DNA of 64,000 nucleotides from Candidatus Omnitrophota bacterium (GTDB lineage Bacteria; Omnitrophota; Omnitrophia; Omnitrophales; JACROU01): NCBI GenBank assembly GCA_029261035.1, contig JAJDCD010000023.1, positions 301,126 to 365,125 of the forward strand, read 5' to 3'. Shown piece by piece: positions 8,161 to 17,160 of this stretch (position 1 is its first letter; each line of letters starts with the position of its first letter). The notes under the pieces were generated by a model. It saw only the letters and a program-made list of their open reading frames with translations, ran no database searches and was not told where the DNA came from. The position numbers and the translations under genes were made by a program.

Positions 8161-9201
8161 ATGCCTCAAACTCCTTTTTCTCAATATTATAAAAAGAATG
8201 TTCATAGCTGGACTACTCTTGGTGAGTGGCAATTACCAAAAGAATTCTCGGATTGGGAAGAAGAGTATTCTGTTGGCATCCAAGACGTTGCTTTGATAGA
8301 TCTTTCTTTTAGAGGCCATATTAAAATTGAAGGAAGTGATCGCGTTGATTTTCTTCAAAGACTTTTAACTATTGATATTAAGGCGATGAATTTAGGGGAC
8401 TTTAAAACAGGGTGTTGGCTTACTGGGCGTGGTTGTATCCGATTTGTTTTAGACGTTTTGGTTTTAGAAAAAGAAATTTGGTTAGATACGCACGAGACAA
8501 ATCCAGAGGAAGTAAAACAAGCTTTTGAAGCGATGCATTTTTCTGAAGATATTAAATGTGAAACAAACGGAGCTGTATCTTCAATAATGATTGTAGGAAA
8601 TAAATCTTCAGAGGTGTTGAAAGAAGTTTTTAATATAGAAGAGCTTCCAAAAGTTCAAGGGAGTAAAAAGGTATTTTTTGATAATGAACAAATAGTTTTA
8701 ATTAACGAAAAAAGCATTTCTGAAAATGCTTACCAGCTTTGGGTTTATGAAGAAAGTGCCTCTAAGCTCATATCGAAGTTGTTAAAACATACAAAGTTGT
8801 GGATGGGGTTTAAAGCCTTGAATGCAGTGAGAGTCCAAAAGAAATATCCTCTAATGGGACAAGACATAAAAGAAACGACGCAGTTTTCTGATTTAGGTTT
8901 TGATGAATGGGCTAACTACAATAAAGGTTGTTATGCGGGACAAGAGGTTGTTAACCGCATTAGAAACTTAGGACATCCTGCAAAATTATGGACAGCTATA
9001 TCTTCTCAGGAAGAAATCTCGTTGGATTCTAAAATGCATGTCGATAATAAAGAGGTTGGGTGGATCACAAGCAGTACTTTTTTACCTAAGGAGAAAAACT
9101 ATTTGTCGCTGGGCTATTTGAAATATGATTACTGTCGTCAGGGGCAGAAACTTCAGGTGTTATCCGAAGCGAAAGTAATAGAAGCCACTGTCATTGTATG
9201 A
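8161..9201 (+). CDS. YgfZ/GcvT-like folate-binding protein (aminomethyltransferase-related)
   Basis: A C-terminal KGCYAGQE motif is characteristic of YgfZ. It starts 5 bp after the previous gene. Confidence 0.55.
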   Translation: MPQTPFSQYYKKNVHSWTTLGEWQLPKEFSDWEEEYSVGIQDVALIDLSFRGHIKIEGSDRVDFLQRLLTIDIKAMNLGDFKTGCWLTGRGCIRFVLDVLVLEKEIWLDTHETNPEEVKQAFEAMHFSEDIKCETNGAVSSIMIVGNKSSEVLKEVFNIEELPKVQGSKKVFFDNEQIVLINEKSISENAYQLWVYEESASKLISKLLKHTKLWMGFKALNAVRVQKKYPLMGQDIKETTQFSDLGFDEWANYNKGCYAGQEVVNRIRNLGHPAKLWTAISSQEEISLDSKMHVDNKEVGWITSSTFLPKEKNYLSLGYLKYDYCRQGQKLQVLSEAKVIEATVIV

Positions 9202-9250
9202 TGGGGTATAATTAAATTATTAATAACTACAGCAAAAAGGGTAATGACTT

Positions 9251-9589
9251 ATGCCAAAAGTAAGATTTTTAGATCAAGCGCAAGAAATTGAAGTAATTGA
9301 AGGAGCCAACCTTCGAGATGAAGCCCGTAAGGCTGGCATTGAAGTATATGAAGGAATTCATAAATGGGTTAATTGTATGGGACATGCAACTTGTGGGACT
9401 TGTCGAGTCCTTGTAAAAAATGACACTGTTAAAAATTGTTCTCCTAAAACATTTTTAGAAAAAGCTCGACTTGCTCTAGGGTTTGAAAATATAGGACATG
9501 AGGAAGAAATGAGGTTGAGTTGCCAAGTGAAGGTTATGGGAGACCTGGATGTTGAGACAACCCCCGCTTTTAATTGGAATGGAAAGTAA
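9251..9589 (+). CDS. Small [2Fe-2S] ferredoxin-like protein
   Basis: CMGHATCGTC...C cysteine pattern in a roughly 110-aa protein. Confidence 0.5.
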   Translation: MPKVRFLDQAQEIEVIEGANLRDEARKAGIEVYEGIHKWVNCMGHATCGTCRVLVKNDTVKNCSPKTFLEKARLALGFENIGHEEEMRLSCQVKVMGDLDVETTPAFNWNGK

Positions 9590-9622
9590 GGAAGACAGCT
9601 TTTAGTGTAGTAACAAAAAATC

Positions 9623-9718
9623 TTGTCATCCTGAACGCAGTGCCTGCCCGCCGTCTTGTTGGGTGGGAAAGATCTTAGCTGTAGAGATTCTTCGGTGCTT
9701 GGCTTTTCAGAAGGACAC
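9623..9718. repeat. Family B element carrying an inserted CCGCCGTCTTGTTGGG sub-module
   Basis: TTGTCATCCTGAACGC ... CCCGCCGTCTTGTTGGGTGGG ... AGAGATTCTTCGG ... CAGAAGGACA. Confidence 0.75.
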
Positions 9719-9772
9719 TCTTTACCAAAAGCTAAGAACTAAAAACTAATAGCTACAGACAAAGGAAACGCA

Positions 9773-11092
9773 ATGTTATCCTCACAGGTATATAAACAAC
9801 GACGTGCAAAGTTGATGAAGCAGATGAAAGAGGGTGCCTGTCTCATTTTTTCCGCCCCTGTTGTTAAGCGGAATAACGATGTGGAGTATGATTACCGACA
9901 GGATTCCAACTTTTATTATCTAACAGGATTCGAAGAGCCCGAAGCTGCTTTGCTTTTGCTGCCAAAGGCAAAAAAAGATAAAATTATTTTATTTTGCCGA
10001 CCTAAAGATAAGGCACAAGAAATTTGGGTGGGACATCGAGAAGGTGTTGCAGGGGCTAAAAAGAATTTTGGCGCGGATAAAGCGCATCCTATAGCGACAC
10101 TCCACAAACAACTTTCAACCTATTTACAGGGTTCGAAAGTGCTGTATTACTCTTTGGGCTCTCAAAAATACTGTGATGCACTTGTGACTAGACAATTAAA
10201 TCATTTGCGAGCACAAGTCCGTTCGGGGATGAGCTATCCCACCGAAATCAAAGATCCGGTAGGTTTTATTAGTGAAATGCGATTATTTAAATCCAAAGAA
10301 GAAATAGATGCTTTAAAAGAGGCAACGCAAATTTCATCTGAAGGACACGAGATGGCTATGCGGATGACCGTGCCAGGAATTAATGAATATGAAATCGATG
10401 CCACACTTCAATACTGTTTTAGGTCGAGTGGTTCTGTTCGATTGGGTTATCCTAACATTGTTGCTTCGGGAGTTAATGCAACAACCCTCCATTACACAAA
10501 GAATAATCGAAAAATGAAATCAGGAGACTTATTGTTAATCGATGCAGGAACAGAAGCGGATTATTTTACAGCAGATATCACCCGAACTTTTCCCGTAAAT
10601 GGAAAATTCACAAAAGAACAAGCGGCTATTTATTCTATTGTGTTAAAGGCGCAAAAAGCAGCAATACACCATGTGAAGCCGGGGGTTACATTTCAGAGTG
10701 TTCATAACGTTGCTGTCAGAAAGCTTTCTGAAGGATTAAAATCATTAGGAGTTTTGAAGGGAACCTTAAAACAAATCATCGAAAAAGAATCTTATTCTCG
10801 TTTTTATATGCATCGAACAAGCCATTGGTTGGGTATGGATGTGCATGATTGTGGTGCCTATCAGATTAATGGCAAATCCAGAAAACTGGAACCAGGTATG
10901 GTTCTTACGGTAGAACCCGGGCTTTATTTTAGAAAAGATGAAAAAGGATACCCTGCAAAATATCGAGGCATTGGTATTCGAATAGAAGATGATATTCTCG
11001 TCACCCGCTCAGGAAATCAGGTCCTATCTGAAGCCGCCCCAAAAGAAATCAAAGATATCGAAGCTATCGTAGGAAAAGGCATCGAACTCTAA
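9773..11092 (+). CDS. pepP: Xaa-Pro aminopeptidase (M24B)
   Basis: N-terminal AMP_N-type region (YDYRQDSNFYYLTGFEEPEA) and M24 metal-binding motifs (HRTSHWLGMDVHD, EPG...). Confidence 0.85.
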   Translation: MLSSQVYKQRRAKLMKQMKEGACLIFSAPVVKRNNDVEYDYRQDSNFYYLTGFEEPEAALLLLPKAKKDKIILFCRPKDKAQEIWVGHREGVAGAKKNFGADKAHPIATLHKQLSTYLQGSKVLYYSLGSQKYCDALVTRQLNHLRAQVRSGMSYPTEIKDPVGFISEMRLFKSKEEIDALKEATQISSEGHEMAMRMTVPGINEYEIDATLQYCFRSSGSVRLGYPNIVASGVNATTLHYTKNNRKMKSGDLLLIDAGTEADYFTADITRTFPVNGKFTKEQAAIYSIVLKAQKAAIHHVKPGVTFQSVHNVAVRKLSEGLKSLGVLKGTLKQIIEKESYSRFYMHRTSHWLGMDVHDCGAYQINGKSRKLEPGMVLTVEPGLYFRKDEKGYPAKYRGIGIRIEDDILVTRSGNQVLSEAAPKEIKDIEAIVGKGIEL

Positions 11093-11117
11093 CCCAAGGT
11101 AGAAGCGCCATTTACCC

Positions 11118-11175
11118 CCTCAAACAGGCCCGGGCCTCCTTTTTTCGAAAAAAGGCGGCCCGGGCCAGTTTGAGG
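11118..11175. repeat. Family E-like GC-rich palindrome (possible terminator downstream of pepP)
   Basis: CCTCAAACAGGCCCGGGCCTCC TTTTTTCGAAAAAA GGCGGCCCGGGCCAGTTTGAGG. Confidence 0.75.
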
Positions 11176-11303
11176 AATTTTAGACCTAAATTATTATAAA
11201 TAAACAACTTAGGCGATGTTAAAAAAGAAGGGCCTTTCTTTGACTTTTCGGGTTTTGACGGGTATTATTAAAGTTTTATTAATGTTTGAGGTGGTAAATC
11301 TGA

Positions 11304-14300
11304 ATGCAAGAAAAATTGAGAAAAACTTCTATTCAACTTATTTCTTTCCTTGTGTTGATTGTGTTTTGTCTCGAAAGTATGGGTTTTGCTCAGCTTTCAA
11401 GTGGACTTAATTCTGCGCAGGTCCAACCTGTGTCTTTAATACCTAACAAAGCTTTTCTAGACACCTTCACAATTCCTAGAGATGTGGGTGTTATTCAAAA
11501 ACAAGTTTACTCGCATCCTATTTCTGAAGAACATCCCTTATTAATTCATTTGCAAGATGCGCATGCGAACCCAGAAGCTCAATCTAATATGGCTAAAATT
11601 TTAGAATATCTTAATAAAGAAAAAGGAATTCAACATGTATTTGTTGAAGGTGCTATTGGAAAGCTTGATAGAAGGTATTTGAATTTTTCTAAAGAGGACG
11701 CTATAAACAAAAAAATACAAAACAGATTGATTCAATTAGGAGAGTTTACAGCTTCGGACATTTATTTAGCGAAGCATAAAGAAAAAATGCTTTTCCTTGG
11801 AATTGAGCAAGAAGATTTGTATCGAAAAAATAGAGAACTACTAACGCAAGTTCTTTCTAGGGGAGAGGAAGCGCAAGCTTGGATTCGAAACAGAAACATT
11901 CAAATAGATACCCAATTAACCCGTCTTCAAAATAAAGACCTTTTGCTTTTATTAAGAAGTTATTCTAATCAAGACAGAAATCATTTTATGAGACAGATTC
12001 AACTTCTTCAAAAATTAAATAAGAAGCACCTTAAACAAGATTTGAGTGATCCGAAATTTCAAAAACAATTCCCAAATATGGTTCGTTTAACTCAGTTGAA
12101 ACAGGAACAGAAAAAATTGGATCTAGAAAAAGCTCAGAACGAATGGCTTAGTTTAAAGAAATCAATCGTAGGAAGTGAAAGTTGGAAAGTTACAACAGAA
12201 ATCGAAGAGGTGCTTTTCTCAAAAGATAAGAAAAACTTAAAGGATACAAATCCACGTTACTTATTAGAGCATTTCTATGAACAGGCTATAAAGGCAAGTG
12301 ATACATTTTCATTTAATTCTTATTCTCATCTTTCAGGGTTTGCTCGAAACAAAATATTTCAAGTTGAGTTAATGGCACAACCGCTATTTTTAGAAATAGA
12401 ACAAGTTTACGCGAACCTTTTAAACAGTGTGGCTCAAGGGGAAGAAGAAGAAAATGTGGTTCAGCTTGTAAAGCGTCATCTTTTAACTTCGAAGCTGTTG
12501 CAACTTAAGCTGACTCAAGAAGAGTGGAGAAAGCTACAAAACCAATCAGACACTTTGCCTACAAATCTAGAGCTTATTAATTTAGCATTCACTTTTTATA
12601 AAACAGCAGAAGCTCGAGATCAAGTTTTTGTTGAAAACATTCAAAAACAGTTAAAAGAAAGAAAAATTTCAAAGGCAGTTGTTATTACTGGTGGGTTTCA
12701 TAGCGAGGGTGTCGAAACAGCATTTAAGAATAATCAATGGAACTATGGAACGGTTACACCTCAATTTCATTCTGTGGACGTAGATTTTTATGCAAAAAAT
12801 ATTATGGGAAGGCATCACCAAGATATTGAAAGTTTTCAAGTTGCTAGTGTTCCTTATGCAACATCTCCCAAATTAGCAGATAGATTAGGCGTTGATGCTC
12901 AACAACGCGGCTTACTTGTAGAGACGCTGCGTGGTGCGATTCAAAAAGCAGCAAGCTTAGGTAATGGAAAAGCTCAAGTTGAAGGGTTGGTGTCGTATCA
13001 AACGCGTATTAATAGTAAGGGATACAAACTAGCAACGCATTTAGTTCCTTATATTTCTGAAGGTGTGCTTGGACAACCGCGTCTTATGTGGATTACCTCA
13101 GTTTATGATGCTTCGAACAAATCGGTATCAACGATGTCGGCTACTGTTCCTTATGAGCAATATAATTATGTTCAAGACATGCATCAAAAGGTAGCTGTGG
13201 AAATGAAGGTAATCACAGGAAAAAATAGCGAAAGAAAACGTTTAGCTTATCCTTTCTTTAAAACAAAAAAAGAAAGAAAGAAATTGAGAAAATTTTTGAA
13301 ACGTTTTTTTGAAGATTCAGTTGAAGTTGTTTCTAATCCAATGGAGTCAGAAAAATTAGTGAGTGTTGGGAAGAGGCTAGCGAAACGTGATAGACCAGAA
13401 AAACAAACGCTTAATGCAGCTTTAATTGTTTTGGGGCGCGCACTTAAAGAAAGTCCTCAAGACCCCAATCAATTTTTATTTTCATTTGAAGCGAATAGTG
13501 CGGAAGATTTTCTTTTAGTACATGGTTTTCAGAATGTAAATCAAAGAAGAGCGATACAAGTAAAAGCAGCATCTTTATGGGTAGAGGCCCAAAAAACATT
13601 GGTGCGAGGAAATAGTTTAGGTTCTGTTGAGCAGCAGGCTCGTCCTATTGATAATGAAGGTTTTCGTTTGGATGCTGGAGAAGAAGCTTTTATTAGATTG
13701 GGGACAGGGGAAGACGGAGATGTTTTTCTTTATCTCAACGAAGCCTATGTGGCTACGATGGACAAGGGTGGAAATCTTACGGATGCTGTTATCTTTGATG
13801 ATTCCAAATTGCTTCCTAAAGAAAAAGGTCCTTTGCTTATAGGTTCTCCTAGATTTGCATATAGCAGGGATGACTTTGATCACTTAAAAGACATCCAAGA
13901 ATTTGGTGAATTAGAAAAGGTGACAACAATACAGCAGCCCATGGGCCAAAAAAAGGGAGGTGTTGGAGTTACTGTTCCTGTAAATGTGCTTATTACGAGT
14001 GATTATTTTCAACAAAATAACAGACATTTAGAACCTATTAAAGCAGCTCTAGGATTTGATGTTCAAGAAAGAATGAGAACAGATGATGTGATTCCAAGTC
14101 CCAAGCTGGGAGATGTCCGTCCTATTTACTTAAAAATAAGTCCGAAATCGAATGGAAATGCTGATGTTGTAGATCGAGCAAAAATTTATGGCCGGCTTTT
14201 TCGAAATAGAGTTTTTCAAACAAATATGGCTGTTACAAGGCCTCTAACAGATCCGCTTCAATTTAAAGCGTTAGGGCTCGACCCAGAAGCGTATCAGGAC

Positions 14301-17150
14301 AAAGATGTTTTTATACAAGAGCCATTAATTATTTTGGATGATGCTATAAAGGATCTTGCTTTAAGACGGCGTCAACAGGCTGTTCAATATTTAATCCGAG
14401 AATTTATTAGTCGAGTAAAAGCAATGTGGAAAACAGGAATTGTTGACATGGATCATCGCCCGGATAATTTCGGAATAGATCCAGAAGCTGTTTTGCGTTT
14501 TCATGATTTTGATTTTACTTTTTCGATGGAGGAGTTTGCTTCTGCAGACCCGATGATTAAAATAGGGTTTTTCGTTAATTTTATAGCTGTAAATTATGAT
14601 ACTTTTTATCGAATTGATAAAGAAGTGTATGAGTATCGTTTAAAAAGAAATTTAGGAAGAGGAGAAGAATTTGCCCCTCAAACGGCTGAATATTTTCTTG
14701 ACCAAGTTAGAGAGATCCGAATTATTGATGATATTATAAGAAAATCAGAAGCAAATGATGACCCTATAGATCCGGATGACTTTAGAAAACTAATTGAAGC
14801 TGGCAGATTTAAAACACAACAAGAAAGAGCAAAAGGATTTCGTTTTTTTGCGGATGCTGTTCAGGAAAGAGCGGGTGAGTTGGCAGCTTTGTTAGGAGAA
14901 GAAGTGTCTACAAGTCGATTATTAAAACCTGCAACGAGAAGAGCACAACTCCAAGAGCATCAATCCCGATGGAAAGATGTTTACTTAAAACCTTATCTAA
15001 ATTTTGGACATAATATCAATCTTATTTTTAAAAAAGCTTTAGAGATGTTAGGGGTTTCGTTTCCCCCTTCTTATTTTTCGAAAGAAGAGGTCTTGTTAGA
15101 AGTTCCAGATATTGTTTTGAGGAGAATACGGGAAACAAAAAAAAATATTAGAAGTTGGAAAAGTAATATAGAAAATGAGCAATTGGTTTTGGCATCTGAA
15201 GATCAAGTTAGAACTTTTGAACGTTATTTGAACTGGATTGACACAAATGTGGCTGAAAATGCTTCTCGGTTAAAACATGTACAGGTGGGTTCGCATGTAG
15301 CTTCATTTCAACTTCCGGTGGAAGGGCCGACAGCACAACGTTTGCATGTAACTATTTTACAAAAAGTGGATCCTACAACAAAGAAACCTTTTCTTCTTGT
15401 GATCGATAAATCAGCTGCTGAAGAAGTTGATTCCCGAAGCATGGTTCTTCATGTGGGCGTAAGAGGATCAAGTCCTCTTAAATATAATTTTAAAGTAGCT
15501 AAAAAAAAGGAAGAGGATAGTCAACAAGAAACGATTAATGTTCCAAGCAATGTTAGTTTTGATCCTAATACGCTTCATCGTCCTGGAGATGCCGCGCAGA
15601 TTACAGCAGAGCGACATAGTTTCACAGGAAAAGAGCTGAAAGGGAAAGGGTATTTAACAAAAAAATACGATAAGCCTACAAAGCAAGCTGTGAATGCTAG
15701 AGGGGATGATCGTCAGAGACCTCCTTCTCAAAGGCTAGAAAGACCAGTTTCTGGACGTTTAAAAAAAGTGGGAGAATCTGGTGTAAAGACACCATCACCA
15801 GAAACTGTTCCAGGACAACAAACAAAAAAACAGAGCGGAGCTCCTACTACTTCATCAGTCCCAAAAATTATATTAGACTTAAGAGGTTTTATTTCTAAAA
15901 GGTTTAGAAATTCAGAAGCATCCATAGCCGTACGCAATGCAAACCAAAGAAGATGGCTATCTCTAATACAAGCAGCTAGAGCTAAGGAGTATTGGCTTGT
16001 AATTTCTATGGCGGTTCCTAGCGTTAAGGAGAGAGTCGTTAAAGAGAATATTCAAGCGGCTATTAGACGATTAAGTCAAATCCCAGAAGATTGGACTAAA
16101 ACGGAACCTCTTGCATTGATGGTGACACAGGCAGGTCTTAGAGTTGAAAACCCAAAAGTTTTTCATCGAAGCGATCAAATATATCAAGGGTACCGCTTTA
16201 TTGATGGTCATTGGAAACATTACTATGTTCAAAAACTTTCTCCAACATCAGGAAGGTATGTTGTCAAAAGCAGAAGCAAAGATGGAAAGAGCGTTACTTG
16301 GACTCCAGCAAAAGGAAATAGTTTGGGGACAGAAAGAAGTCAAGTGGGTGTTGTCCCAGTTGCTATTGAGGTGACGAATCGAGTCGTGGCACCGGAAGAT
16401 TTAGGAAGAGTGGGTTTTGTGGAAATGATTTTAGCTTCGGCATTTGATCCAGTGACTCTAAAAAAACCTATTGCTACTATTCCTCTTGCTGTACTTCAGC
16501 GAGATTTAAATAGAATGTTGGAAGGAGTTGCGGATCTTCATAAGGGGCAGTCTTTGGGTGTTGGAGGAGCGACAAGCGATGTGTTTCAACTGCCTTTAGC
16601 CATCGTTGTAACACAAGATTTAATAGAAGGAAGCCATGGGGATGAGTTGATTGAAAGTTTAAAGTCGGGAAGTCGGGTAATTATAGTTTGGGATAATGAA
16701 GAGAAGCAGCTTTTAACACAGATGCCAGATTCTTTAAAACGATTTAAAAAATCAGCAATGGATAAAGGGATCCAAGTTAGAGATCTTCAAACAAGTAATC
16801 CTTACGTAGGAGAGCTTAAGATTTTGCTTCGAGGATATCAACATGCATTATCAATCCAAACCGACAGGGTAGAAGTGGAGATTCCTGAGTTTCGAAAAAA
16901 TGGGAATCGATTTAAAATTCAAAAAGAACTTTTAAATGACCCTACGAGAAATTATTCTAACTTATTTTCCCTTATTATGCTTATATCTGAGGTTGAGAAC
17001 GAAGAGAAGCGTAATTTAACCTATTCTCGTCTCGGCCTTAAAAGGGAAGCGAAAACAGGATTATGGCTTGTTGGCAATAGTCTTGGAGAGTACCTCGCCG
17101 AACTGCACCAGGCTTTTGTGGTAAGTAAATTGACTGCTCAGGCGGCGTAA
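11304..17150 (+). CDS. Giant (1948 aa) secreted multidomain protein, paralog of 40997-45427. Function unknown.
   Basis: Signal-peptide-like N-terminus (LISFLVLIVFCLESMGFAQ). Shares with the second giant ORF an N-terminal module with motifs LIHLQDAHANPEA / VFVEGAIG / GIEQEDLY / VVITGGFHSEGV, possibly TraB/Tiki-like. It has a basic disordered linker around aa 1400-1520 and a C-terminus ending ...HQAFVVSKLTAQAA. Confidence 0.8.
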   Translation: MQEKLRKTSIQLISFLVLIVFCLESMGFAQLSSGLNSAQVQPVSLIPNKAFLDTFTIPRDVGVIQKQVYSHPISEEHPLLIHLQDAHANPEAQSNMAKILEYLNKEKGIQHVFVEGAIGKLDRRYLNFSKEDAINKKIQNRLIQLGEFTASDIYLAKHKEKMLFLGIEQEDLYRKNRELLTQVLSRGEEAQAWIRNRNIQIDTQLTRLQNKDLLLLLRSYSNQDRNHFMRQIQLLQKLNKKHLKQDLSDPKFQKQFPNMVRLTQLKQEQKKLDLEKAQNEWLSLKKSIVGSESWKVTTEIEEVLFSKDKKNLKDTNPRYLLEHFYEQAIKASDTFSFNSYSHLSGFARNKIFQVELMAQPLFLEIEQVYANLLNSVAQGEEEENVVQLVKRHLLTSKLLQLKLTQEEWRKLQNQSDTLPTNLELINLAFTFYKTAEARDQVFVENIQKQLKERKISKAVVITGGFHSEGVETAFKNNQWNYGTVTPQFHSVDVDFYAKNIMGRHHQDIESFQVASVPYATSPKLADRLGVDAQQRGLLVETLRGAIQKAASLGNGKAQVEGLVSYQTRINSKGYKLATHLVPYISEGVLGQPRLMWITSVYDASNKSVSTMSATVPYEQYNYVQDMHQKVAVEMKVITGKNSERKRLAYPFFKTKKERKKLRKFLKRFFEDSVEVVSNPMESEKLVSVGKRLAKRDRPEKQTLNAALIVLGRALKESPQDPNQFLFSFEANSAEDFLLVHGFQNVNQRRAIQVKAASLWVEAQKTLVRGNSLGSVEQQARPIDNEGFRLDAGEEAFIRLGTGEDGDVFLYLNEAYVATMDKGGNLTDAVIFDDSKLLPKEKGPLLIGSPRFAYSRDDFDHLKDIQEFGELEKVTTIQQPMGQKKGGVGVTVPVNVLITSDYFQQNNRHLEPIKAALGFDVQERMRTDDVIPSPKLGDVRPIYLKISPKSNGNADVVDRAKIYGRLFRNRVFQTNMAVTRPLTDPLQFKALGLDPEAYQDKDVFIQEPLIILDDAIKDLALRRRQQAVQYLIREFISRVKAMWKTGIVDMDHRPDNFGIDPEAVLRFHDFDFTFSMEEFASADPMIKIGFFVNFIAVNYDTFYRIDKEVYEYRLKRNLGRGEEFAPQTAEYFLDQVREIRIIDDIIRKSEANDDPIDPDDFRKLIEAGRFKTQQERAKGFRFFADAVQERAGELAALLGEEVSTSRLLKPATRRAQLQEHQSRWKDVYLKPYLNFGHNINLIFKKALEMLGVSFPPSYFSKEEVLLEVPDIVLRRIRETKKNIRSWKSNIENEQLVLASEDQVRTFERYLNWIDTNVAENASRLKHVQVGSHVASFQLPVEGPTAQRLHVTILQKVDPTTKKPFLLVIDKSAAEEVDSRSMVLHVGVRGSSPLKYNFKVAKKKEEDSQQETINVPSNVSFDPNTLHRPGDAAQITAERHSFTGKELKGKGYLTKKYDKPTKQAVNARGDDRQRPPSQRLERPVSGRLKKVGESGVKTPSPETVPGQQTKKQSGAPTTSSVPKIILDLRGFISKRFRNSEASIAVRNANQRRWLSLIQAARAKEYWLVISMAVPSVKERVVKENIQAAIRRLSQIPEDWTKTEPLALMVTQAGLRVENPKVFHRSDQIYQGYRFIDGHWKHYYVQKLSPTSGRYVVKSRSKDGKSVTWTPAKGNSLGTERSQVGVVPVAIEVTNRVVAPEDLGRVGFVEMILASAFDPVTLKKPIATIPLAVLQRDLNRMLEGVADLHKGQSLGVGGATSDVFQLPLAIVVTQDLIEGSHGDELIESLKSGSRVIIVWDNEEKQLLTQMPDSLKRFKKSAMDKGIQVRDLQTSNPYVGELKILLRGYQHALSIQTDRVEVEIPEFRKNGNRFKIQKELLNDPTRNYSNLFSLIMLISEVENEEKRNLTYSRLGLKREAKTGLWLVGNSLGEYLAELHQAFVVSKLTAQAA

Positions 17151-17160
17151 CCTGAGTCTT

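Noticed and set aside
11118-11175. Calling the GC-rich palindromes (family E) rho-independent terminators.
   Set aside because: Several lack a downstream T-tract, and one sits inside a CDS. They are more parsimoniously REP-like repeats, though the pepP-proximal copy could terminate transcription incidentally.
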